64,000 nt of DNA from a virus (taxonomy: Duplodnaviria > Caudoviricetes), in the IMG/VR virus record IMGVR_UViG_3300025449_000001, positions 2,516 to 66,515 of that record; one strand, 5' to 3'. This document shows positions 1 through 8,762 of this stretch, in pieces. Numbering within the stretch: position 1 is the first letter of the stretch; every line of letters starts with the position of its first letter. The position numbers and the translations under genes are program-made. The notes under the pieces were generated by a model. That model searched no databases. It saw nothing but the letters and a program-made list of their open reading frames with translations, and had not been told where the DNA came from.

Positions 1-1508
1 CCAACAGTAAGACCATTAATGGTTGCATCATTTGCTAATGTTAAACTTGTTCCATTAAACGTCATGTTAGAGGAAAATGCAGTTGTACTAGCCGCAGACT
101 GGTATGGAACTTGATTGGTAGAACCGCCAGCAATATTAGCCGCACTACCAGTAACGCTAATTGGCCAGGTGCCAGAAGCGTTTGTGCCAGCCGCGTCAGC
201 CGCGGTGTAGCCCAATGCTGCGTTAATGTTGGTGCTTGTTAGGTAAGTTTTCCATTGGCTCCACACAAACCCGGTTCCAGTGTAAGCTAAAAATCCAGGG
301 TTTGAAGATGTCCCCACCGTTGGTGTTGGTGAAAAGGCGGTTGTGTTTGCCGCAGTTTGGTACGGTATTTGACCGGATGATCCACCAACAATGTTAATTG
401 CACTACCAACACCACTGATGCCAGAGGTTGGTGAGTACGTTGGTAGTGTCGCACCAGCAACCAACACGTTGCCAGACTGTCCAGTAATACTTAAAAATGC
501 TGTTGTATTGGCAGCGGATTGATAAACTATTTGACCAGCCGAACCGCCAGTAATGTTTGCTACAGAGGTCGGTGTTGCCCCAGAGTATCCTGAAATACCA
601 GATCCGCTGTAGCCACTAATGCCACTATAACCACTGATACCACTGTAGCCACTGATACCACTGTAGCCAGACGTTCCAATAGCGCCAGAGTATCCACTAT
701 AACCAGACGTTCCAGTAGCGCCAGAGTATCCACTATAACCAGACGTGCCACTGTAGCCAGATACACCAGAACCACTATAACCACTATAACCCGACGTGCC
801 ACTGTAGCCAGAGAAGCCTGACGTACCCGTTGCGTTTATGCCAGAATAGCCACTGTAGCCAGACGTTCCAGAGCCAGAATAGCCAGATATGCCAGAACCA
901 CTGTAACCAGATATGCCACTGAAGCCAGATATGCCACTGTAGCCAGAATAACCAGATGCTCCGTTTATGCCACTGTACCCTGAAAAACCAGAGAATCCTG
1001 AGAACCCAGAGGCACCATTGGTTCCACTAATACCACTGTATCCACTAATACCACTGTATCCACTGATACCACTGTAGCCAGAGAAGCCACTGTATCCAGA
1101 GTACCCAGACCCGCCACTGAATCCAAGTCCACTGTAACCAGAGATGCCACTAAAGCCACTGTAGCCTGATGGTCCGGTTGTGGATGACCACACAAAACCA
1201 GAGCCATTCCAGCCTAAGTACGTGCCAGATGTGCCCGGTGCCGTTATAAAGGTTGTTGTACTCGCCGCACTTTGGTAGGGTATTTGACCTGACGTGCCAC
1301 CAGAAATGTTGGTGGCGGCAAGGGCGCCAGCTGCCGAGGCTAACAGCACAACGTTACCACTAGTGCCGGTAGCCGTTGACTTGAAGTATAACTTACCATC
1401 GTAGGTGTTAATAGCCAGTTCGCCAGTCGTTAGGTTGGCGGATGATGGTATCACCCCAGATGTTGAGCTAGTGTATAGTTGTATTTGTGTGTAGCCCGAA
1501 GCTGCCAT
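1..1508 (-). CDS. Tail fibre protein with Gly-X-Ser (SGYSGI) repeats; runs off the left edge
   Basis: Manual translation from ATG at 1508: MAASGYTQIQLYTSSTSGVIPSSANLTTGELAINTYDGKLYF..., a long SGYSGISGFSG repeat, ending ...NMTFNGTSLTLANDATINGLTVG with no stop seen. Absent from the ORF track because it is truncated. Confidence 0.85.
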   Translation of the reverse strand, partial: MAASGYTQIQLYTSSTSGVIPSSANLTTGELAINTYDGKLYFKSTATGTSGNVVLLASAAGALAATNISGGTSGQIPYQSAASTTTFITAPGTSGTYLGWNGSGFVWSSTTGPSGYSGFSGISGYSGLGFSGGSGYSGYSGFSGYSGISGYSGISGYSGISGTNGASGFSGFSGFSGYSGINGASGYSGYSGISGFSGISGYSGSGISGYSGSGTSGYSGYSGINATGTSGFSGYSGTSGYSGYSGSGVSGYSGTSGYSGYSGATGTSGYSGYSGAIGTSGYSGISGYSGISGYSGISGYSGSGISGYSGATPTSVANITGGSAGQIVYQSAANTTAFLSITGQSGNVLVAGATLPTYSPTSGISGVGSAINIVGGSSGQIPYQTAANTTAFSPTPTVGTSSNPGFLAYTGTGFVWSQWKTYLTSTNINAALGYTAADAAGTNASGTWPISVTGSAANIAGGSTNQVPYQSAASTTAFSSNMTFNGTSLTLANDATINGLTV

Positions 1509-1511
1509 GTT

Positions 1512-1946
1512 TTATTCCTTTAAGTATTCTAAAACGATGTGTGGTTCAACAAATCGCTCGTTTTGGTGTTCTGTTGCCTCCCACCAAAGAAACTGATTTT
1601 CAACTAAGTAAGACCTATCTTTTAACAGGTTTATGTTTTCTGGATGGCCAAATATTATTGGATCTGATGGCCCCCATAAAACAATTCCTTTTTTACCCTC
1701 GTCCCATGCAAGGTGCTGAAAAAAACTATCAACCCCTATCCACGTACGGCATGTTTGAATTAACTGTCTCAATTCATCTAAGGGTAAGTTTTTTCTAAAA
1801 TCTTCAACTAACTGCTCTTCATCCTCAACACCAACCTGAACAATTGGCTCGTTAATTAGTGCAATCAACTCTTTCCAGTACGGGTAGTTCTTTGGGTTAA
1901 GTTTGCCAGTTCGTAATTTTTGTGAGTAGGGAGATATAATAATCAT
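1512..1946 (-). CDS. Glycosyltransferase family 9-like protein, C-terminal half only
   Basis: WIGVDSFFQHLA...GIVLWGPS resembles the GT9 heptosyltransferase DSGxxHLAxxxgxpxvxlfGPt motif; only 144 aa. Confidence 0.7.
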   Translation of the reverse strand: MIIISPYSQKLRTGKLNPKNYPYWKELIALINEPIVQVGVEDEEQLVEDFRKNLPLDELRQLIQTCRTWIGVDSFFQHLAWDEGKKGIVLWGPSDPIIFGHPENINLLKDRSYLVENQFLWWEATEHQNERFVEPHIVLEYLKE

Positions 1947-2917
1947 AGGTACATCTTCCTAAATGCGTTTTCTAAGCTATCTTTCCACTTCCACGTGTCC
2001 ATTTTTTTATAGATGTTCCACTGGTCAATGTCACCAAAGTAGTCATACGCCTGTGCAATTGACATACCAGGTATGATATCTGGGTAGCATGTAAACACAA
2101 TGGGGTCTTTAATCTCTGGAAGTATGTGCTTAAAAACAATATGATCGCCACGACCACAGTTAAGAACCACAATGGTTTTATCACGACAAGATAGCGTGTT
2201 TTTAAATATCTTCTCGTCATGCTCATATAGTTCTTGCTTGGTTTCCATACGTATGCCACCGTTAGGGTTCTTCATATGCCACGTTGTTGCGTGTGGTACC
2301 GTTAAAATCTTGTACCCTTTTTGGTGTAGCCCATACGTGAACAGCGTCTCTTCTCGGTGCGCAACTCGGGACAGGCCCAAGTTATAATCGTGCACACCAG
2401 CACGATATAAAAAACTACAATGTAAATGCTCAACCTCTTTAGCCTTTTTAATAACACCCCACTGGATGTTTGGTTCATTATCAATGTTGTCTATCTTACC
2501 AGTGACCTTGCTTGTGTCTGGCATGTAGGGTGGTGTTAGTATTGACCCACCTACTGCACCAACATCATCTTCAAAGAACGCCCAGTAAGTCAAATCATCA
2601 AGCACGTTGGGCTCTGGTATGGCGTCATCATCAACACGCCAAACAAAGTCATAACCCATCATGTTGGCTTGTTGGTGAATGTGGTGCTGGCCTTTTTTAC
2701 CAGCAAATACCCACTCCCAAGGGATGCCCTTAATGTCTAACATCTGAAAAAAGTATGCATAAATCATCTCTTTTCGCATGTCTTGTGGCTCATCATTATC
2801 ATCAAAAATAACCAACTTGTCTGGTTGTCTTGTTTGGTTAATGATAGCGTTTAATACTAGGGGCAGTGTTGTAAAGTATCTGCCACGGGTTGCTACGGAA
2901 CAAAGAACCCTATGCAT
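1943..2917 (-). CDS. GT2 glycosyltransferase with a C-terminal GT9 N-terminal-like segment
   Basis: GT-A fold features (VIFDDND, WRVDDD DxD motif, REET); C-terminal VVLNCGRGDHIVF resembles the GT9 GxGD motif. Confidence 0.75.
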   Translation of the reverse strand: MHRVLCSVATRGRYFTTLPLVLNAIINQTRQPDKLVIFDDNDEPQDMRKEMIYAYFFQMLDIKGIPWEWVFAGKKGQHHIHQQANMMGYDFVWRVDDDAIPEPNVLDDLTYWAFFEDDVGAVGGSILTPPYMPDTSKVTGKIDNIDNEPNIQWGVIKKAKEVEHLHCSFLYRAGVHDYNLGLSRVAHREETLFTYGLHQKGYKILTVPHATTWHMKNPNGGIRMETKQELYEHDEKIFKNTLSCRDKTIVVLNCGRGDHIVFKHILPEIKDPIVFTCYPDIIPGMSIAQAYDYFGDIDQWNIYKKMDTWKWKDSLENAFRKMYL

Positions 2918-4130
2918 TGTCCCACCTACAAATCATTAGGTTGCTTGGGTTATGGTTATCCACTGGAACCATTGTGCTTGAAATACCGCCATGATAGTTG
3001 ATATATTCAAACTTAAAGCCAGGGAAATCTTTTTCAGTTAACCCGTGCAACCTGTGGTGCTCGCCCCAAAAGCCTTTGGGCTCATTATGTGGCACCGTAA
3101 TTAAAAGGCGTTTACAGTGCTGTTTTAGCTTCTCTACAACCTCTAAACCATTGTCAAGGTGTTCTATCACCTCAAACGCTATAATGTTACTGTAGCGCCC
3201 AAAATAGAACGTATTGATGTCGGCTTGGTAGAATGTTGCGTTGTCAGACCACTCTTGTTCTTTAGCCACATCAATAATAATTGGGTCATAATCCAAGCCC
3301 AAATACGTTGTGTTGGTTGGTAAGAACTGATAACCATAACCAGTTGAACAGCCAATTTCTAACACAGAACCAGGTAACAAATTCTTTGAAGCCCACTCGT
3401 AACGCTGTGTTTCTCTTGGAAAGACTGGATCATCTTTAAGGAATACAGCCCGTTCATAATTGTTAGATAATAAAAATCTATAATGCTCTGGGTTGTATTT
3501 TTTAGCTAACTTTAATTCGTTTTTATAAAAAGTGTCTTTCCAATTTTGTACAAGATTGTTGTCAAGCACGGTGCCTTCTGCTGCATGGTAAATTGGAAAA
3601 TCACCTCTAAAACCCACATCTATAATATTAAATCCATTTAATTCAGCCTGGTAGCAAAAGTCAATGTCTTCACAACCACCAACACCATAACTTTCATCTA
3701 GCAAACCAATCTTGTCAAAGACTCTTTTTTGTATCATTGCACAAAAAAATACGCCAAAAAACTTTTTTGTAATACTGGAATATAAGGTTAAAACAGCACC
3801 AATGTCACCAACGTCCAATCGTTCTAGCCAGTTCGGGCCTAGTATAATAGTGTCATTGTTTAGAAGCACAATCTTATCTGCCCTTGCTACCTTAATACCC
3901 TCGTTAGTTGCTTTGGCAAACCCTAACTGATCATCATCCCATACGGATGTCATGTGTGGTATTTTAGTGTGTAAATCTTGCAAATAGTCGTGAGTGTTGT
4001 CTGTACAACCATTGGCAGATATTACTAACTCTACATCTTCCATGTTGCTATATTTAATAATACTATCAATACACGGTTTTAAATACTTCTCGCAGTTGTT
4101 ATAGGTTGGTATTACAATGCTGTATTTCAT
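2910..4130 (-). CDS. GT2 glycosyltransferase fused to a class I SAM-dependent methyltransferase
   Basis: N-terminal SIVIPTYN...LLNNDT...GCEDIDF (GT2); C-terminal VLEIGCSTGYG, GLDYD, FEVIEHL (SAM methyltransferase motifs). Confidence 0.85.
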   Translation of the reverse strand: MKYSIVIPTYNNCEKYLKPCIDSIIKYSNMEDVELVISANGCTDNTHDYLQDLHTKIPHMTSVWDDDQLGFAKATNEGIKVARADKIVLLNNDTIILGPNWLERLDVGDIGAVLTLYSSITKKFFGVFFCAMIQKRVFDKIGLLDESYGVGGCEDIDFCYQAELNGFNIIDVGFRGDFPIYHAAEGTVLDNNLVQNWKDTFYKNELKLAKKYNPEHYRFLLSNNYERAVFLKDDPVFPRETQRYEWASKNLLPGSVLEIGCSTGYGYQFLPTNTTYLGLDYDPIIIDVAKEQEWSDNATFYQADINTFYFGRYSNIIAFEVIEHLDNGLEVVEKLKQHCKRLLITVPHNEPKGFWGEHHRLHGLTEKDFPGFKFEYINYHGGISSTMVPVDNHNPSNLMICRWDNA

Positions 4131-4174
4131 ATTTTTCCTAAAAGTTTTTTCAAACTTTCATTGTACCACAAAAA

Positions 4175-4327
4175 TTAAACAGTAAGTTCAGAAGCGGGTA
4201 CTTGTGGGTCGGCTTGCTCTTTAACTTTTAACATGAGTGGAAAATAGCCCATCTTAGCGGGGGTGTCGCCCATGAGGTTCATTAAAGATTGTACTTCTTC
4301 TAGGGTTAGTGTTAATTTAATATCCAT
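4175..4327 (-). CDS. Small hypothetical protein (50 aa)
   Basis: Manual translation MDIKLTLTLEEVQSLMNLMGDTPAKMGYFPLMLKVKEQADPQVPASELTV; fits between neighbouring genes. Confidence 0.65.
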   Translation of the reverse strand: MDIKLTLTLEEVQSLMNLMGDTPAKMGYFPLMLKVKEQADPQVPASELTV

Positions 4328-4332
4328 TTATA

Positions 4333-4647
4333 TTACCAAGGTAGTGGGGTTGCTTTAGGGGTTACTGGCGGATTAACGATACTGTTAATTTGACCATCTA
4401 TGTTTGCGTAGTGGTTGATAAGGTTCTGTGTCTCAGCATTAATCCATCCTAGCACTATGTCTTGAGTTAAACTTTCATACGGTATTTCTAACTCGTCTTC
4501 TTTTGGTGTATAGCGTAGGCTGTCTTGGATTGATGCCTTGTGTGTGCCGTCTGTGCCAGAAACAGTGAAGTTTACGTCTGTCACAAACCCTTGAGGATTT
4601 GGTAGTGTCCTCATTGAATCAATTGTTACTTTGTATGTTATTGCCAT
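4333..4647 (-). CDS. Conserved small tail-fibre-associated phage protein
   Basis: AAGGAG RBS; VTDVNFTVSGTDG...IPYESLTQDIVLGW pattern typical of proteins encoded next to fibre genes. Confidence 0.55.
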   Translation of the reverse strand: MAITYKVTIDSMRTLPNPQGFVTDVNFTVSGTDGTHKASIQDSLRYTPKEDELEIPYESLTQDIVLGWINAETQNLINHYANIDGQINSIVNPPVTPKATPLPW

Positions 4648-4665
4648 TTATTGCTCCTTAAAAAA

Positions 4666-6210
4666 TTAACCGACTTTCCAATTTGTACCATCTGAATAAA
4701 CAGGAGTAAATACTGCACCACCACCTGTAACTGTAGATTGGAATGTAGGCGCTAAAGCATCTGTAACAAATGTTCTTGATCCTCTGCCTACCGTTGATGC
4801 ACTTGGCAAACTTGCTACTGTTGAGTAATTATGAGGGTAACGAAGAACTGTATTAGATGAGTTACCAATAGTTATTTCATTAGATACTGTAATTGCTGAT
4901 GGTGCTGATTGGTAGCCTAATAAAATATTATTAGAGCCTGTTGTAAGAGTGTTACCAGCTTGATAGCCTATTACTGTATTTTGTGCGCCAGTTGTATAGG
5001 AAAACATTGCCCTTGCACCAATAGCTACGTTTGAGCCACCAGTAGTTGAACCACTTACGCCATAGCCAGCGTTGCCACCTATAAATACGTTATCAGCACC
5101 TGTACTATTATAATACCCAGATTGATAACCACCATAAAAACTACCATAAGTATCTGTTGCTGTATATGATAGCCCTGCTTGGTATCCTACTGCTACAGCT
5201 CCGATTGTAGAAGTTATTGAAGATGTTGAAAGAGCTGCATTACCTATTGCTATATGTGTGCTTGCTGCCCCATTTAATCCATTACCTGCAAAATAACCAA
5301 TTGAAATATTATCATTACCTGTACTAAGAAGTCCCCCTGAACTATAATTTATGAATATATTTCTTACGCCTGTGGTTAATGCATTACCTGTTTGGTAACC
5401 AATTGCAACATTATAAATACCTGATGATAAAGTACCTAATGCTTGATAGCCAATAGCAGCGCAGCGAACAGCAGTAGTATAAACACCCATTGCACTAGCG
5501 CCAATAGCTACGTTTAAGCCACCCGTAGTTGAACCATTTACACCATAACCAGCCTGACCACCTATAAATACGTTATCTACGCCTGTTGTGTTGAAATTTC
5601 CAGATTGATTACCAATATAAACACTACCATAGGTATCATTTCCTGAATAACTATTTGCAGCGCTTGTACCTATTGCCGTTGATTTACCATAAATACTTGC
5701 CGAACTAAGAGCGTAATAACCTATTGCCGTATTACTACCACCAGTACTTATACTAGAACCAGCTAAACTCCCAACAAAAGTATTAAAACCCCCAGATGAT
5801 ATTCCTAATCCAGCTTGATATCCAACACTTAAATTATTACCCCCTGTTGCAGTAGCATTCATAGCCCGATAACCAACGGCTGTGTTAGTAGCAACTGAAC
5901 CATTACCCCTGCCGACTGTTAGTGTGCTTATAGTCGCATCGTTTGCTAGGGTTAAGCTTGTACCGTTAAACGTCATGTTGGCAGAGCCAGCGAATGCACC
6001 TGCGTTGTTGTACTGCACCTGTGTTGTCGATCCGCCCGGTGTTCCACCACCGCCTGATGGTGCCTGTGATACCCAAGTTGTTCCATTAGACGTTAACACG
6101 TTACCAGTGGTGCCGACAGCACTTAGCCCAGTACCGCCGTTAGCCGGACCTAGCACACCCGTAGAAGATGCGCCTTCAGCAAGAAACGATAGGTTACGAG
6201 GTATTGTCAT
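4666..6210 (-). CDS. Tail fibre / receptor-binding protein with YadA-head-like beta-roll repeats
   Basis: Repeated NxAIG/VGYQA(G/L) units of about 14 aa; G/S/T-rich; N-terminal MTIPRNLS. Confidence 0.8.
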   Translation of the reverse strand: MTIPRNLSFLAEGASSTGVLGPANGGTGLSAVGTTGNVLTSNGTTWVSQAPSGGGGTPGGSTTQVQYNNAGAFAGSANMTFNGTSLTLANDATISTLTVGRGNGSVATNTAVGYRAMNATATGGNNLSVGYQAGLGISSGGFNTFVGSLAGSSISTGGSNTAIGYYALSSASIYGKSTAIGTSAANSYSGNDTYGSVYIGNQSGNFNTTGVDNVFIGGQAGYGVNGSTTGGLNVAIGASAMGVYTTAVRCAAIGYQALGTLSSGIYNVAIGYQTGNALTTGVRNIFINYSSGGLLSTGNDNISIGYFAGNGLNGAASTHIAIGNAALSTSSITSTIGAVAVGYQAGLSYTATDTYGSFYGGYQSGYYNSTGADNVFIGGNAGYGVSGSTTGGSNVAIGARAMFSYTTGAQNTVIGYQAGNTLTTGSNNILLGYQSAPSAITVSNEITIGNSSNTVLRYPHNYSTVASLPSASTVGRGSRTFVTDALAPTFQSTVTGGGAVFTPVYSDGTNWKVG

Positions 6211-6213
6211 TAA

Positions 6214-6375
6214 TTATAAACTTTTAAGTTTTTCAAGCGTTGCAGTAACTTCTATAATGTCTAAATCTATTTGAGCTAATGGCTCTAAATTACCAAGTGC
6301 AATATTAGCAGACTTAGCATTTTGTAATCCTGTCAATTTATTTTGTAAAACTGTAACTATATCGTCAATCGTCAT
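6214..6375 (-). CDS. Small hypothetical coiled-coil protein (53 aa)
   Basis: Manual translation MTIDDIVTVLQNKLTGLQNAKSANIALGNLEPLAQIDLDIIEVTATLEKLKSL; AAGGAG RBS. Confidence 0.65.
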   Translation of the reverse strand: MTIDDIVTVLQNKLTGLQNAKSANIALGNLEPLAQIDLDIIEVTATLEKLKSL

Positions 6376-6413
6376 AAAAACTCCTTAAAGGGGGCTACTG
6401 CCCCCATACTACA

Positions 6414-7067
6414 TTAGACCGGAACTTCTTCCCATTGGAAAGTAGATAGCAATGATGATGCTGGAATAGCAAAGTTAGACCAGATTGTTGCATATCCACC
6501 TGGTGGGAGAATAATACTACCTTCAAAGTCAAATACTGCTGGAGCTTGAATATCAAAACCAGTTGTTGCCAATGATCCTGTTGTCATCAAAATAGTATCT
6601 AAAGTTACGGCAGTTGGTAATGTAATAGAAGCAGATGCGTAAGAAGCAGCAGTTGGTGAACCACCACCTAAAAATTTATTCTTAGCAGTTGCAGTAACAG
6701 CAGTCAAAGTACCTGAAATTGCAGTACCTGAGTTGAAACCTGTTGCAATACCAACAACACCAGCTAAGTTAGCAAGTGCAAATCCTAAAGATACTTTATT
6801 GATAACCACGTTGTTAGTGTTACCAATTGGGTTATAAAGGACTTGTGCGCCAGTAATAGTGGTAGTTGGAGATGCAGTTGTAGCAGTTGCGATTAGTGTA
6901 GAAACACCAGCCGTAAACATTGCTCTACGATATGTAGTTTCGTAGTAACGACCATGAAGTTCTGAAACGATTGTATCGCCTAATTGTCCAGCACGAGCTG
7001 GTGCTTGTAAGCCAGCAGAGATACTTGATGTAGTAGCAACTGGGCCTACTTGGTTTTGTATTAACAT
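6414..7067 (-). CDS. Putative virion structural protein
   Basis: 217 aa, T/S/A/G-rich, in the late operon, AAGGAG RBS. Confidence 0.55.
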   Translation of the reverse strand: MLIQNQVGPVATTSSISAGLQAPARAGQLGDTIVSELHGRYYETTYRRAMFTAGVSTLIATATTASPTTTITGAQVLYNPIGNTNNVVINKVSLGFALANLAGVVGIATGFNSGTAISGTLTAVTATAKNKFLGGGSPTAASYASASITLPTAVTLDTILMTTGSLATTGFDIQAPAVFDFEGSIILPPGGYATIWSNFAIPASSLLSTFQWEEVPV

Positions 7068-7085
7068 TTAAAGCTCCTTAAAAAT

Positions 7086-8438
7086 TTACTGCTGATTAAT
7101 AAAAAGTGAAGAATCTTGTCTTAATTGGTAAGGTTCATCACCTAGTTGTATGCTTTGTCCTTGTTGTGGAGCAGTAGGCCCTTGCAAAGCCAAAGCGATT
7201 ACTCTTGGTAACTCATACATCTGATGGTTTAATATTTTAACTTCTTGCAATAATTGTGCAAGTAATTCTATTTGTGTCTGACCTTCAAATTGTGAAGTGT
7301 CTTGTATTGTAGTAGGTACTTGGTTGTTATATCCAGCAGCTCCTATTGGTGTGTTACCTGTAATACCATAAGGTGACCCACTATAAGAAATAGACCCAGC
7401 ACTTGATGGTATTGTTCTATTACCTGTAATTAAATCGCCTAATGCGTTAGTTGTAGTTCTTCTTGTTAGGTTTGAAGGGTCAACACCCCCTATAAGAACT
7501 GGGGCAGAAGCTGCGATACCGTTAGTTGCTATAGCCCCACCAACAGGAAAAATGCCTGAAGATGCAGGTAATGCTGGTGCTACACCATTAATTTGAACTA
7601 CGTTTACACCTAACTGTGCAGATGCAGCAGATACTGCCGCACCATTAATTGCAGCTAAGTTTTGCCCAGAAAATTGTGATGAAGTGTTTCGTAAATAATA
7701 AGTAAATGAACCTGCTGTTGTACAAATAATTTTGGCAAATCTACCATAACATGGAACAACATAATTTGAACTTGCTTGTATTAAAGTTTGTGAAATACCA
7801 CTTGTATTATAATTTGGTACAGCTGGTGTATATTGTATGTTATCGTTAGAAAATTGAAACCCGTTTGTAGCAGCAAAAGTAGCATTACTTGTTAAATGGA
7901 TGCTTTGATAACCTGTGGTATCAATAATTGTAATCTCACCAATAGCAGCAGTAATTGTTACAGGCTGTGGTGCATCACTTAAAATAAACGCACCTGATAA
8001 GTCTTGTTTTACTCCTGAGTTTTGAGGCTGAAACTTAATGTTTAATGGAGTATTGTTTGTATCATCCATTGCCCATGCAACTTTGTCTGCATTAGACACA
8101 ACAGATGTAGTACCATCAATAACAATTGTTGCTGAACCAGTAATATTAACTACGTTATAGCGTAAGTATTGTGCCTCTGTACGAACAAAATATAAACCAG
8201 CAGAATCAATTTGCGTTTTTTGGTTTAAAGCATTCAGTTCGGTAACAAGTGCAGGTGACCAATAAACGTTATCTAAAGACCGTTCAAAAGTAATTATTCC
8301 TGAAAATGAAGAACCTGTAACTTGTATAAGTGCCGTAGCATAGCCTGATACATCAATACCTGTACCTGTAACAACACTTGATACCGTTGTATTTAATAAA
8401 TTGGTATTGTCAGCAAAGGGTGTTCCGATATAACTCAT
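7086..8438 (-). CDS. Putative virion structural (tail/baseplate-associated) protein
   Basis: 450 aa beta-rich ORF among fibre genes. Confidence 0.5.
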   Translation of the reverse strand: MSYIGTPFADNTNLLNTTVSSVVTGTGIDVSGYATALIQVTGSSFSGIITFERSLDNVYWSPALVTELNALNQKTQIDSAGLYFVRTEAQYLRYNVVNITGSATIVIDGTTSVVSNADKVAWAMDDTNNTPLNIKFQPQNSGVKQDLSGAFILSDAPQPVTITAAIGEITIIDTTGYQSIHLTSNATFAATNGFQFSNDNIQYTPAVPNYNTSGISQTLIQASSNYVVPCYGRFAKIICTTAGSFTYYLRNTSSQFSGQNLAAINGAAVSAASAQLGVNVVQINGVAPALPASSGIFPVGGAIATNGIAASAPVLIGGVDPSNLTRRTTTNALGDLITGNRTIPSSAGSISYSGSPYGITGNTPIGAAGYNNQVPTTIQDTSQFEGQTQIELLAQLLQEVKILNHQMYELPRVIALALQGPTAPQQGQSIQLGDEPYQLRQDSSLFINQQ

Positions 8439-8761
8439 TATGATACCTCCACCGATGAAACAGTTACATCAGTCGCACCGCTCGCTACCACTTGAAGCGT
8501 ATAATTTCTAGGCACAACAATCTTAGCTGCGTTCATAATATCTAAAGACGTGCCAACTGGAATAATGACATTTTTTACAATATTAGTTGTAACTGTAGCA
8601 CCTGAATTAACTAATGTTACAGACGCAGTTACAGGGCTGGTTGTTGTATTTGCTAATAAACATCCAGTTAAAGTTGCTTGAACACCAGACGTGGTTGGGT
8701 TATACACCGTAGTTATTGTGGTGACGTTTGCTGTTTGTGTAGATACGTAATTAATAGCCAT
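8438..8761 (-). CDS. Putative small virion structural protein
   Basis: 107 aa beta-rich ORF, translationally coupled to its neighbours. Confidence 0.5.
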   Translation of the reverse strand: MAINYVSTQTANVTTITTVYNPTTSGVQATLTGCLLANTTTSPVTASVTLVNSGATVTTNIVKNVIIPVGTSLDIMNAAKIVVPRNYTLQVVASGATDVTVSSVEVS

Positions 8762-8762
8762 A

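Noticed and set aside
560-1207. ORF-track entries 560-802 and 965-1207 (VAL-rich)
   Set aside because: Alternate-frame shadows of the SGYSG-repeat fibre gene.
4666-6210. DGR template/variable repeat in the fibre gene
   Set aside because: Differences between repeats are not adenine-specific and no reverse transcriptase is in the window.
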